From positions 68,820,001 to 68,884,000 of the forward strand of contig OX597833.1 of assembly GCA_951406725.2 (NCBI GenBank): a DNA stretch of 64,000 nucleotides, given 5' to 3'. A model generated the notes under the pieces. That model was not told the origin of the DNA and did no database searches. It saw nothing but the letters and a program-made list of their open reading frames with translations. The stretch is from Octopus vulgaris. Lineage: Eukaryota. The translations under genes were made by a program, and so were the position numbers. Positions 1-14,008 of this stretch are shown piece by piece. Within the stretch, counting starts at the first letter, position 1; each line of letters begins with the position of its first letter.

Positions 1-252
1 GTGATTTACCGAATCACGAATGTGTATATACACGTAATTAATTTAGTCACCTGCGTGTGTTTTTAATCCGTCCATACCTATATCCTGAGCAGTACAAGAT
101 GTTAAACACTTTGAATTATTAAGATCAAAAGACACATAAAATAAATTTTTGCTCTGTTAGAGTTGTTGTGAGGAAGCAGATTAAACACGTGTCTTTAAAA
201 GGTGACATATTTTTTTTTTATGATAATTTATGCATTCAGAGATAAGCCTGGG

Positions 253-441
253 TAGTTAGTTAGTTAGTTAGTTAATTTGGCTCAAAAGTAAATGGCAAGG
301 CCATGTAGGGGGACATGGAGTTAAGTACAGGGTGGTGTTCATGTAAAGAGTTCAGGCCACTTGCGGTCCAGGGAGGCTTTGAACAAAGCGGTCGTCGGCA
401 TCTTCACCATCTCGTCTGGCAGCTTGTTCCACGGATCCGCA
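253..441 (-). mobile_element. 3' end of a CR1-group LINE (ORF2 C-terminus, 3' UTR stem-loop, (TAAC)n tail)
   Basis: Minus strand reads ADPWNKLPDEMVKMPTTALFKASLDRKWPELFT* (WNxLP...FKxxLD end of CR1/L2 ORF2, stop at 339-341). Hairpin ccatgt/acatgg at 301-318 and (TAAC)5 tail at 253-274. Confidence 0.85.
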
Positions 442-876
442 GACTTGCCCGACGATCTCACGCAACACACCCTTCTATTTGCCGACGATATCAAACTGGT
501 CGCTCCTCGCGGTGATATAGAGGATCTTCGTCGATGCCTCCACCAAATTTGGAAGTGGTCTAACGATTGGGACCTGTGCCTGAACGTGTCAAAGTGCTGT
601 CATCTGCCTGTTGGCTCTCCTCCTGCAACTCAACTTGATTTCGAGCCGGTTCGTCTGCTGCTGGAGAGGACCGATCAGGTAAAGGACCTGGGTATCTTGG
701 TGGATTCCTCCTTTTCGCCTTCGGCCCAGTGCGTCCATGCTGCCAACAAAGCACGCGGAATTATGTTCTTGATTCGACGGTCATTCGGAATGCTCACAGC
801 AGCCATATTCCTACCACTCTATGTCACGCTGGTGAGACCCATATTGGAGTATGGGATTCAAACCTCTTCTCCTTAT
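442..876 (+). mobile_element. CR1-group LINE reverse transcriptase fragment, inverted relative to its 3' end
   Basis: Uninterrupted frame DLPDDLTQHTLLFADDIKL...LNVSKCCHL...VKDLGILVD...LYVTLVRPILEYG, containing the FADD catalytic motif and CR1 thumb motifs. Confidence 0.9.
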
Positions 877-879
877 GAT

Positions 880-1160
880 ACGATTCTGGAACAATTCCAT
901 GGTGTGCCACTTTGAGCATGTCTTCAACTGTAGATCTGGAACAAACGATGCCTTGTGACGGAATTTAGTTCATTTGACACTATGCGGTGGTTCGCTTCTC
1001 TATCTATCTATCTATCTACGTCTTTGTACGTGTGTGTGTGTATTTGCGTCATTGATTTTGTCTTTAACCGCCTGACGTCCCACATTATTTTATTTCCATT
1101 TCTGTAACATGGCGGTTCGATTTAAAAAGACTAAGAGAATAAGTTGTAAACAGATGAATC
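880..1160 (+). mobile_element. Old degenerate copy of SINE family B
   Basis: Decayed matches to the family B body (gccttgtgacggaatttag, gtaacatggcggttcg...aaaagac) with the internal microsatellite. Confidence 0.5.
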
Positions 1161-1498
1161 TGTGCTGGTACAAAACAGATCCGCATAACATTGTTACTTG
1201 ATAACCCAGCATTACTTTAAGCCAAAATCTGACGAACGTTATATAACCACACTTGAAGCTTTATCTACAATCTTCTAACGTAACACGTTCAATCTCTTAA
1301 TACATTGCCTTATAAATGCTGATTCAACATATAGTTTCTCATCTATAGAGCAGTTCTGTGATGTTCATATTTCATGTGAATGTTAAACTCTACACGCTCA
1401 CACTTTATTTAACTTTGTCTATTCCACAGACATCGCTGATCGATCATATCTAATATCAAACGCACACACATTCTAGCCACACCATGTTTATTATTATT

Positions 1499-1749
1499 AA
1501 GGCGTTGTGCTGGCAGAATTGTTACCAGGCCGGGCAAAATGCTTCGCGGCATTTCGTCAGTCTTAACATTCTGAGTTCAAATTGCGCAGGGTTTGACTTT
1601 ACCTTTCATCCTTTCGAGGTCTATAAATTAAGGACCAGTTCGGTACAGAGGTCAATTTAATCGACTTATCTCCTCACCAAAGATTTCAGGTCTTGTGCCA
1701 ATAGTAGAAAGGCGTATTATTATTATTATTATAGATATTATTATTATTA
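1499..1749 (+). mobile_element. tRNA-derived SINE family A, (ATT)n-tail type
   Basis: A box tggcagaattgtta, B box gagttcaaatt, body cctttcatcctttcgaggtc, tail agtagaaagg followed by (ATT)n. Confidence 0.85.
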
Positions 1750-1750
1750 T

Positions 1751-1990
1751 GGCGGCGAGCTGACAGAACTGTTAGCACACTGGATGACGTTATTAGCGGT
1801 ATTTCACCAGCGCTACGATCTGATTTCAAATTCCGCCCAGGTGGACTTTACCTTTCATCCTTTTGGAATCGATACATTAAGCACCATTGAACAACTAGGG
1901 CGATGTAATCGACTAGTCCTTTCACCCAAATCTTCGGGCCTTATTCCTCTAATAGAAAGCATCATTATTATTATTATTATTATTATTATA
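1751..1990 (+). mobile_element. SINE family A, second head-to-tail copy
   Basis: ggcggcgagctgacagaa head, ttcaaattccgcc B box, cctttcatcc body, (ATT)n tail. Confidence 0.85.
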
Positions 1991-2208
1991 AAGGCGAATT
2001 GCTGGGTAAAAGGCTTAGCAGGACAAAATGCTTAGTGGTTTTTCGTTCGTCTTTACGTTCAGAGTTCAAATTCCAACGAGATCAACTTTGCATTTCATCC
2101 TTTCCCGGTCTCTTAAATAAATACCAGAAACAATTGGAGTCGATGTACTCAACTTACCCCCTCCCCCGAAATTGCTGGCTTCGTGCAAAAATTTCAATCC
2201 ATTATTTT
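1991..2208 (+). mobile_element. SINE family A, third head-to-tail copy
   Basis: aaggcg head, gagttcaaattcc B box, tttcatccttt body, variant tail gaaattgctggcttcgtgc. Confidence 0.8.
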
Positions 2209-2762
2209 GAAATATTGTCTAAGACATCTTTATGAAACTACTCATATAAGTCTTCTCGGAAATGTTGCTGCTTTTATCTAGAAGACAACTGATTATATAA
2301 ACACGCTGAGTCACAATTGCTGACACACACCAATTAAAAATATCGTTTTAAATTATAGTTCTGACGTTTTGAGCTGTAAAATTTGGTGCATATTACGTTT
2401 GTGTTAGACTTTTCAGACCGATAATTTATTTTGCAATACAAGAAATCAATAAACAAAACACTTCAGTATTTGCTCGGAGGCGGCTCAATTCATTTAGCTC
2501 ACTTATCTGTTGATGAACGCATATTGTCAACTCTATCGTCTCTTGTCTATGAAATCTAACGCTTCGTTCCAATCTCAATAACCTGTGTGTGTGTGTGTCC
2601 GTGTCTAGTGATTGTAAGTGTTGAATGTGTGTAGATATCATTTGAGTGTTTATATTATTGTAGAGTGATTGCATTATGTAGCTATTTACAGTGTATAGAT
2701 TTTACAGCTAATGTATGTATATATCTGTATATTGATATGTATTTATAAGCACATATACACAA

Positions 2763-2808
<46 letters not shown>

Positions 2809-3022
2809 GCACATGCATACATGCTATTTTGTTTTCCAATTTGCGATATTGTGTATAGTGATATAATGTCAAAGGAAAGGAATATTTTCTCAAGAACTGA
2901 TATCAACTACTTAAACTTGCATAGAATATTTAATATCTCTATAAATATATATTTCGAAAGAGAACGATGGTAGCCTGTTCATTTTCCGACTGTGTCGGCA
3001 AATACAAACTACATGGAATGCG

Positions 3023-3273
3023 TTGGGTCCTTGAGCAAGACACTTTATTTCACGTTGCTCCAGTCCACTCAGCTGGCAAAAATGAGTTGTACTTGTATTT
3101 CAAAGGGTCAGCCTTGTCACTCTCTGTGTCACGCTGATTATCCCCGAGAACTACGTTAAGGGTTCACGTGTCTGTGGAGTGCTCAGCCACTTGCACGTTA
3201 ATTTCACGAGCAAGCTGTTCCGTTGATCGTATCAGCTGGGACCCTCGTCGTCGTAACCGGCGGAGTTTTAAAG
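3023..3273 (+). mobile_element. 5'-truncated SINE with tail module C and 12-bp target-site duplication
   Basis: TSD acatggaatgcg at 3011-3022 and 3274-3285. The 3' ~190 nt match the element at 18273-18625. Confidence 0.85.
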
Positions 3274-3890
3274 ACATGGAATGCGCATTACACGTCTATG
3301 CTTACTTACATACATCACCAAATATACACTTATACTTAACAGGACATAGACACACATTCACGTTTCAGAAAATTTATTTGGAGCAAATATAAAATATGTC
3401 CAAGTATTGCGACACACTTCATACAACAAACAATTTTTTCTACTAGTTGTTTTCGCCAAAAAAAAAAAAATCGTTTACAAATGTCCGTTAAATTCTTTAA
3501 ACTAGAGAAACATAAATCAACAGCGATTCATTGATTTCAGTACATACACATTCGTTATTACACATACACATACATACCACATGTACATATATAAATATCT
3601 ACACCATATACACACACGCAAACACGGGGGTCCCCCCGCCAATATATATGTACACACACATACAGGCATATTCACCGGTGTCGTCTTATCTCTAGACAAT
3701 GTGATAACCTTTTGAATACTGGCATGTCACATTTGAAGGATACGAAATTCTTGCAATTATCTCCCCTTATGATAAGGAGCCGGTCTCAGTTATTGCTTGA
3801 ATATTAAACCACATGCATATATAGTGGCGGAAATATTTTATTTCAAGAGTATGTTGTATGGCATTTAGTATTCTTGTATTTGTCTATGGT

Positions 3891-3937
<47 letters not shown>

Positions 3938-4381
3938 TTGCAACTGAGAGAGAGAGATCAGAGACAGAAAACGGAATTCACGAGATCTTTATTCAAATCC
4001 AGTAGATTTGTTTGAATTCATCTTGCATCTGTACTTCAATTGCCTTGCTTTAGAAGGGCTGAGTGGACCTCAGGTGACATTTTTTTAAACAAGTACATCA
4101 TTCTTTTTCCTTTGCATCTTACCGAGCTCTACGAATATATGTCATCAGGAAGTCTTATTTTGCTGTTTTCATAACAAACTGAAGGAAGACAGACGCATCT
4201 TCAATTAAATAGTATAATAGAAAAAGCAGCCGAAAATAAAACATAGACAAGTAAAAACTATAAATAGGAAGCCTACAGGACATCAGGTAGCCAATAAATG
4301 TAGACGTGCTTTGCTTTACACTGCAAGATTTATAACCGAATATAATTATAAATTTATATATATATATATATATATACACAC

Positions 4382-4422
<41 letters not shown>

Positions 4423-4456
4423 TATATGCACACAGACATATACTCACACACACACT

Positions 4457-4509
<53 letters not shown>

Positions 4510-5001
4510 ACGGAGTGTGATGTAAGAAACGTCAATGGCAAACCGAAATGACTTATTCATACCAACCGAAAAAGCAGACAAAATTATATGAAACTAAATA
4601 AATATTCACAATTTGTCCAATTTGCTCTATGTTAGATTTACTCATGTTCAACCAAACAATTTATAAAAATGGATACGAATGAAGTCTGAAACTCTATTGA
4701 ATTAAGAAACAAAAAAGAAAACATTTGAAGACAAACAACTAGCTGTTAATTTATGCATTATATAAGCTCAGTGTAACATTTGGAATTTGTTCTTGGTGAA
4801 ACCGAACGGCGTAAGTATATTTCCAATTTGTATATTTAATAGAAGGCGCTGCTTCTGACGGAGAGGCTGTTTCTACGTCGAATATTTATTAACTGGAAAA
4901 TTTATTTCCTACTGTGTTTGTTTCTTGTTTTTAACCTCTGTGCTATCGGCTTAAAAGAGAGCTCCAAGAACACAACCTGTATTGAAAAAATTGTTTCTAC
5001 T

Positions 5002-5286
5002 GAGCAGTTGTTGTCGATGAAAAAAGTGGTGGTAGTGCCAATAATTGTAGGAGCTCTAGGAACAGTGAATAAAAATCTTGAGAACTAAATGGAACAAATA
5101 GTGGCTCCAATAAGGGCGGAGCACTTGCAGAAAACAGCACTGCCTGGAACCGTTCGAAAACTCCACAAGGTGCTCGAAAAATAAGGGCTGGTATCTTAGT
5201 TCACAGGTAGTGACCGTAGTACATCTCCTGCGTTAGAAACTGTACAAAGGCAATAATAAAATAATAACGACGATGATAATAATAAT
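5002..5286 (+). mobile_element. R4/Dong-clade non-LTR retrotransposon 3' end
   Basis: KKVVVVPIIVGALGTVNKNLEN*MEQ...EHLQKTALPGTVRKLHKVLEK* (stop 5182-5184), short UTR, (AAT)n tail. Confidence 0.8.
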
Positions 5287-5497
5287 CCCTTCTACAATAG
5301 CCGCAAGGCATGATATTAGAAGGGGAGGTGTCTAGTTGAGCATATCAACGCCAGTGTTTCGCTAGTAGAGCTTTCATCGATTCCAAAATGGATGAATGAG
5401 AATATCGACCTCCGTAGCCGTTAAACGTAGAATGTAAAGCCGGAAGAAATGATGCTCAGCATTTTGTCCGGTTGCTACCGATTCTGCTGCTTCGCAA
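5287..5497 (-). mobile_element. Degenerate SINE family A
   Basis: Reverse-complement matches to the family A tail, body (ggatgaa...tcgacctc) and head (cgattctgc). Confidence 0.6.
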
Positions 5498-6654
5498 TAT
5501 TTAGTTCAACGCTGTCATGCACCTCCCACATCGCCCCCTACTATTTACTTATAAATAGCGGTTACTGATTTAGTTTCGAGGCCTGCAAATTTGAAGTGAG
5601 ATTATCAGACGATCACATCGACCTCACTCTTTGACTGGTGCAGGATTTTCATATGACATTGCTTATGTATTCATAGGGGTTTCATATAACTTAGTTGAAA
5701 GAAGATTATCGTTCAGCGTTTCCATTCTCCAAAACACTTGGTCCGGTGCTAAGTTTAAAGGAAGAGTCAAAGCGGTGATTCTTGTTTTATCAAGCGGTCA
5801 ATTCCATACGGTTCTGATCAATATCCGTATATTTTAACCTAGCTATTCATCCCCTGAAGACAGGATTCAAATAGGATGGAAGAATGGTTTTCAAGAAGCA
5901 AAGTAACTACAATTGGAAATATTTAAGGAGACACAGAAAACATATAGGTTCTTACTAGTAAATGAAACAGAAAATATAAAACACAGAAAACGAACGAGAA
6001 AATAAACGCTCAGCCATCTTATTTCTAAATAAGGTGGCTATACAAGTTATCAATTAATGCTCCGACAAACTGGTTACGAAGTTAAATGATGAATTTTGAT
6101 ACACAGGCCAGGATACATGTGGCAGCAGACAGAATCCATCACGCTAGGGTTTGTATATAAATATATATATATACCTACGTTGCTGAGAAGAAAGCGATGC
6201 CCTAATACATATAAAAAACAACAAGAGTGACATATAAAACTATAAGAAGCCATTAATTAATAAATTGTTATATATGTAGACGTAAGATAATTGCACGCTT
6301 GAAGCTAAAGATATTTAGTTGAGTTTCAAACGAAAAGAAAAAAAAAATGTTCAAATCTTCAAAGGCCAAAATCATAATATTTTCTCCAAAATATTTCAAA
6401 GAAAATACGAAGAACAAAATCACTCCAAGGACAACATCCTATGAAATTTACATCAGAGGAAATAACCATAAGATGTAGTTTTAATTGCACAATAAATTTA
6501 GTCACACTTTTTGCTTAGGGACAAAATTCAAGAAATATGAAATAATGATAAAATTCAAAACAAGTATATATTGTACAGTCGCTACGATAAGACGTTTGTT
6601 TCTACTTCCAATCCTTGTCATCACAATCATCCCCAAAAGCATCACCATTAGTAT

Positions 6655-6860
6655 CTCTCTTTTACTTGTTTCAGTCATTTGACTGCGGCCATGCTGGAGC
6701 ACCGCCTTTAATCGAGCAACTCGACCCCGGGACTTATTCTTTTTGTAAGCCCAGTACTTATTCTATCGGTCTCTTTTTGCCGAACCGCTAAGTAACGGGG
6801 ACATAAACACACCAGCATCGGTAGTCAAGCAATGCTAGGGGGACAAACACAGACACACAA

Positions 6861-6899
<39 letters not shown>

Positions 6900-7040
6900 T
6901 ACGACGGGCTTCTTTCAGTTTCCGTCTACCAAATCCACTCACAAGGCTTTGGTCGGCCCGAGGCTATAGCAGAAGACACTTGCCCAAGTTGCCACGTGGT
7001 TGGTTAGCAAGCTACTTACCACACAGCCACTCCTGCGCCT
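6655..7040 (-). mobile_element. tRNA-derived SINE family B (CORE-like), B box deleted
   Basis: Near-identical to 50205-50606 and 56038-56462. Lacks the segment cagtgggactgaacccggaaccatg between short ccacg/ccatg homologies. Confidence 0.9.
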
Positions 7041-7516
7041 CTGTATACTGACCAATATGACGACACTTCGTCCTGAAACAAATAAGAAGAGGTATAGACA
7101 GAGTATTGCTGATGTACCACATTAGGGTTTGTCAAGTCAGAATGACAAGCAGATCATATACAAATCGATTTGATTAACCACAGTGATTAACTGGTAGTTT
7201 CTTTAAATAGAACCCAGAAGTCAATGTAATGGAGTTCTGGAAGTGAAATCGTAGCACTATTTAAGCTAAATATTTGAAGCTGAAACTTTACTCACCCGAG
7301 ATGATTCGCCGAACATAATTTTCATCAATAAACACTACGCCATATCCTTTATAAATAATGCATGTATCTTTACGCATTTCAGTGTATTTCATATGATGGA
7401 GAATAGGTTTTCTTTATTTAGGTGGACTTTGCAGATTCCCGCCTTCCATGTAAATATTACAATGTTTTATATAACAGCAATTCTTGAGAACTAAACGCAA
7501 TTTCAAATATATATCG

Positions 7517-7640
7517 CAAGAGTTTGGTCGGCCCAAGCCTATTGAAGAAGACACTAAACTAAGGTGTCTTGCAATGGGACTGAACCCGGAAACACGTGCT
7601 TGAGAAGCAAGCTTTTTATCACACAACCAGAACTGCTCCT
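7517..7640 (-). mobile_element. SINE family B, 5' portion
   Basis: tttggtcggccc...gaagacact...gggactgaacccggaa match to the family B head. Confidence 0.7.
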
Positions 7641-7675
7641 ACATATATACAGAGAGAGAGGGAGAGAGGGAGAAA

Positions 7676-7712
<37 letters not shown>

Positions 7713-8419
7713 ACATACAAACATAAAGCTATATGTCTATGGTGAGGTCGTGTTACATACTCTACATGTTAATCTAATTCTTAATATTTTATCAAAAATA
7801 TATATAAATTTCAGAACATAGCCTTCAAAAGGAAAAGACACAATAAAATGGATGGAATAATAAAATACATTTTAAATATCTACGAAATGAATAATGTACT
7901 TATTATATTGCAATAATACAAAGATTTTAACAAACACGATATGACCATTGGCGCCAAACTGCAGCAATACGTGTCCAGAGACAGTTTACCGACATTATTG
8001 TGAACGAGTTGGGAATTTAGGAAACAAATATAATTACGTTGACCACAGCTCCGTTGTCAACAGATGTTGTCATTTAAAAACTATTCTAGGTAGTATGTTA
8101 GTTTCATTCGTAAAAATTTAAGTACCTAATTATATATACGTTTCAGTGTTTATATACTTGCATCTGAAGTCCAATATTTTGTGACTCACTGAGCGTCTAT
8201 ACACAGACACTAGAATGATATAAAATGGAATATATGTCACATTTTATCTAGAATGTTTGCTCCATTTCTCATCTGACAGATAAGTTAGTTCCACCAATTT
8301 TTGTTATTATTATTGAAATAAAATGAATTTAAAACAAGATTTAAACCAAAAACAGTGTGATCAATACTGTAAATAGTGGTGTCTATATCATTGCGTCTGT
8401 ATGAGTTTGTACTAAATAT

Positions 8420-8463
<44 letters not shown>

Positions 8464-8523
8464 GTTTATAGAAATGGCTGACGGTTAGTAAGAAGAGACA
8501 CAAATAAGAAAGAAGAAAACAAA

Positions 8524-8568
8524 GGACCACTGATGCGGTCACAGGCGTGTGACGAAAGAACTCTGGCC
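8524..8568 (+). ncRNA. Minimal type I hammerhead-like motif (Penelope type), A9C variant
   Basis: CCA-CUGAUGC-G-GUCACA(GGCG)UGUGAC-GAAAG(AA)CUC-UGG, adjacent to (TA)n. Confidence 0.55.
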
Positions 8569-8682
8569 GAAATAAGATTAAGATTAATGTAAAACATAAA
8601 CAACACTGAAGCAAAGTAACACCAAATATATAGTGCGTGTGATTTTATTGTCTAAAATGGCAAAATGACCATTCCGAAATAG

Positions 8683-8720
<38 letters not shown>

Positions 8721-8971
8721 CAAAATTTGAAACTAATATAAGAGGGGACAAAAATAAATTTTAATACAAGTTCATCTTGGTGCGTACATCTTATCAGACA
8801 CAAACGCACACATGCGCACATATTTTGGCTTGCATATGTGCACGTAGCATTTGCACTTATATCTTCTGCATAAAGACTCCGTAGGTGTTCAATCACACAG
8901 TTAGATATAGCGTTCAAAAACACTGCAGGACCGATTCGTCAAGGTTCGTATTATTCGTTATTATACACACG

Positions 8972-9007
<36 letters not shown>

Positions 9008-9060
9008 AGGCATATATAAATGTATATGTGCATATATGTATATAAATATGTCTGTCTGTG

Positions 9061-9119
<59 letters not shown>

Positions 9120-9923
9120 CGTCTATATATATATAAATATATATGAATATAAATACATGTGTATATGTATATATAGATGTGTATATATGTATGTGTGTAT
9201 ATATGTATATGCATATATATGTATACTTATGTGTGTGTGTGTGTGGGGGGGGGTGTTGGATGAGACTGCACGTGCTTGGGTTCTACTAAATTAAATCTCA
9301 CGATATCGTCCAGGTTTTGTCAGCAGCACCAGGCGGCGGCCCCATGTGTCTTATTGTGCAGGGTTTTTTTTTTTTATTTTTCTTCTAAGTATCTACAAGA
9401 ACCTACCTTCACCTTTGAAATTTCATTCCTTCTTTTTTTTTTTTTTTTTCATGGCTTGGACATTAAGGCAATAATTCCGTCACTACTAACCGCCTTTCCA
9501 CAGACAGAAATTGTGATTATTTGGTCATAAAAAATATATGGTATTACATGACAACGTTGTAACTCAATACCTATATAATTCCAGGAAGACAGCTATCAAG
9601 ACATTTATTTATATTTTTTCTACTCTTTTTTGCTGAAGTCACCGAATGTTTCTTTTGACATTTCTAGAAAGAAATGTCTCCCATTGAGCTTTCAAGAAGC
9701 GATTATAAATTTACAGACCAATCGCTAGAGAGATACACCACCAGAACACGACTTAGTGTATAGCTGAGACAATGCGCTAGACATTTAACTAGCTTGACCT
9801 TATATTCTTGGTGACTGAATATGATAAATGTTGAAAATGTTAAAAAGAAAGCCGCTTGGTTTCGGCGACACGGCTCAAGAACCTCTTATCAAAAACTAAC
9901 ATGAACACAAATACGTACAAGTG

Positions 9924-9968
<45 letters not shown>

Positions 9969-10464
9969 TATTTATATACATATATATATTAAATATATAT
10001 ATATATATTATATATATATTATATACATATTATATATATATTATATACATATTATATATATATTATATACATATTATATATATATATACACACACACACA
10101 CATATGCCATGAAGCAAGATGTTTATTGCATCGATAAATATATCTACTTGCTTTCTTACTTTCTTATGATTTTTACAGAATTGTTTTTTTGTTTACGTTA
10201 TTTTATTATTTTTTTATTTTTTGGGTTTTGTTTTTTGTACATTTAATAAATCAGACTTTCAAAGAATTCACAGTGAAATTGATTTTGTTAGCCAACATAA
10301 CATAAAAAAAAAATTATTTTACGTCGACCATTAGATGTCTTTGATATATTTTATAAAATATGACCCGATATATATGAGTGTGTGTATGTGAGAGTATGTG
10401 AACGTGTGCTACATATAGCTATTACAATATATGTGTTTACATATATGTATACGTATTATGTATG

Positions 10465-10513
<49 letters not shown>

Positions 10514-10630
10514 ACGCATTTGTGTGTGCGTTCGAATATGTTTATAAATACATCATCGCATTAAGTATGCTTACGAGTAAATGCCTGAATATAAGTATTA
10601 CAATATATATAAATACGTTTGTAAGAATAC

Positions 10631-10666
<36 letters not shown>

Positions 10667-11310
10667 GCAAACACATGTATATATATATATACACATATAT
10701 GCATGCATAAATATATACGCATATGTCTACATGCATCCATGCATACACACGCATATATATATATATATATGTGTGTGTGTGTATGTATATATGTACGTAT
10801 ATACACACTTCATATCTACTCACAGACAAGTATTCTATTGGAACTATCTAACTGCCGAATGTATGCTTCGTGGAGTAAATGTCTTGCAAATATCCTTCCT
10901 CATAGCGGTGCCTCATAAACATCGAAGTTTATATATATATATATATACATATATATACATATAATCGTTCAAAACATTTAACAGGAAACTTTGAATGCAC
11001 TACATGAAGAGAGAATATTTGAATAGGGTACACTGAACATGAATGCATAAGTAATAAATATCTGAAAAACCCAATATCTTTATTGTACGGAAGTATTAAC
11101 ATATCGTAAAGTGCGCTGGTCTCAATGAAAAGGAACAGAAGAGAAACACCGACTGCAAGAGCAGGAACGAAGCAGGTTCCTCTGTGTGTATGATCTCAGG
11201 TGTGTAGTAAAATGTTTTAGTAGTTGCGTTGGAGTAATGCACAAACCGCGTTCTCTTTGTGCGCGCCCATACACAGAGAGAGAGAGAGAGATTTTCATAT
11301 GTATAATTAT

Positions 11311-12295
<985 letters not shown>

Positions 12296-12424
12296 GTACT
12301 TCAGTGCGTATGTATGGAAATACGCATGCACCAAACAGACAGACGCACAAAACTCGTGCTCGTACGGACACATGTGTCTTGATATGCTGAGAGAGGAAAA
12401 TAAGGAGAGAGAGAGAGAGAGGGG

Positions 12425-12458
<34 letters not shown>

Positions 12459-12552
12459 CCAGCATGCGCACCTACTCATACGCAATCGTAACACAAACAC
12501 TTATTCATGTAGATTTTACTTGCACCGCTTATCTCTGATTAACGTACGATCA

Positions 12553-12588
<36 letters not shown>

Positions 12589-12602
12589 CATTATTATTGT
12601 TG

Positions 12603-12700
<98 letters not shown>

Positions 12701-12704
12701 ATTA

Positions 12705-12738
<34 letters not shown>

Positions 12739-12764
12739 CATTATTATTATTATTATTATTATCA
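12553..12764. repeat. (TAT)n/(TGT)n trinucleotide microsatellite
   Basis: Directly visible. Confidence 0.98.
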
Positions 12765-12891
12765 TATCGATTATTTCAACGAACAAACGAACCAATTTAG
12801 TAACATAACATACAGATTTTCAAAGAAGTGTGGATTTTATTGGAGAGTGGTATACCTGGTTACGTTTCTAAAATTTATTATTATCATTGAA

Positions 12892-12925
<34 letters not shown>

Positions 12926-13476
12926 GTAGTAGTAGTAGTAGTAGTATTACTATTATTATACATATTTGTTTCCTTTTTTGTATTGTAAATTCAAATTGTG
13001 CTAGTTTTTGATTTATATTTTTTATTGCCTAGTAACAGAAAAGTCGATAATTTGTGAGGTAATAGCACTCATTCATCGATTAGTACAAGTACCTTTAACT
13101 TTGCGTACGAAAAAAGTGTTGTGCCAATTCGTTTTCCGGATCTTTTAACCAAGTTCTCTTATAGATTAAGAGTCCTTCAAATCTCAAATGCTACTGTTAT
13201 TCGTTTGAGAGGGTGAATGGTGTGAAGAGTCGGTGTGGAAAATAATAAAATTTCGTTTCTTTTAAGAACTTGATGAATAGGTCTGCTTCATAAGAAATGA
13301 TCTAAGATAAATATTATCATGAATATTGCAAATCACGTGACGTAGAAATTGTATTCCACACGACACTAAAATATAATGGATTTGGATATCAACAACAATT
13401 AAGAATAAATGCTTAGATTTGGATTAGATTCTCTGTCTTACAAATATGTACGCGTATCTATATATAGAGAAGTGAT

Positions 13477-13895
13477 AAGGCGGCGAGCTGGCAGAAACGT
13501 TAGCACGCCGAGCGAAATGCGTAGCCGTATTTCGTCTGCCGCTACGTTCTGAGTTCAAATTCTGCCGAGGTCGACTATGCCTTTCATCCTTCCAGGGTCG
13601 ATAAATTAAGTACCAGTTACGAACTGGGGTCGATGTAATCGACTTAATCCGTTTGTCTATCCTTGTTTGTCCTATCTGTGTTTAGCACCTTTTGGGTAGT
13701 AAAGAAATAGGTAATTCGTCTGCCGCTACGCTCTGAGTTCAAATTCCGCCGAGTTCGACTATGTCTGTCATCCTTCCAGGGTCGATAAGTTAAGTACCAG
13801 TTACGCACTGGGGTCGATGTAATCGACGTAATCCGTTTGTCTATCCTTGTTTGTCCCCTCTATGTGTAGCCCCTTGTGGGTAGTAAAGAAATAGG
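13477..13895 (+). mobile_element. SINE family A, dimeric form (full unit plus headless unit)
   Basis: Full head aaggcggcgagctggcagaaacgttagc. Unit ends gggtagtaaagaaatagg and restarts at taattcgtctgccg (13712). Confidence 0.92.
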
Positions 13896-14008
13896 AATGA
13901 ATACATACACACATGCATATATGTGTATGTAGGAATATATGAAACATACTATTCGTTACGATATGTGGCTTGTGCCTGATAAATATGTTTGATGTATTCA
14001 TCAATATA

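Noticed and set aside
361-915. 184-aa ORF as an intact RT gene
   Set aside because: Chimeric: its first 27 codons are the antisense LINE 3' end and its last codons are flank. It is an inverted LINE fragment.
4767-4816. Candidate exon ending at a gtaagt donor (also 20250-20278)
   Set aside because: Weak splice-site support, phase does not join the phase-1 exons, and the peptide is not informative.
5690-5940. Possible mariner transposase C-terminal remnant
   Set aside because: Similarity too faint to support by eye.
9855-9895. Other hammerhead-like fragments (also near 4850, 6065, 17815, 35510 and 37490)
   Set aside because: Each has at most part of the core and lacks convincing stems or a cleavage triplet.
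13704-13720. Hammerhead at the SINE A junction (gaaataggta...)
   Set aside because: No CUGANGA box or stem II upstream.
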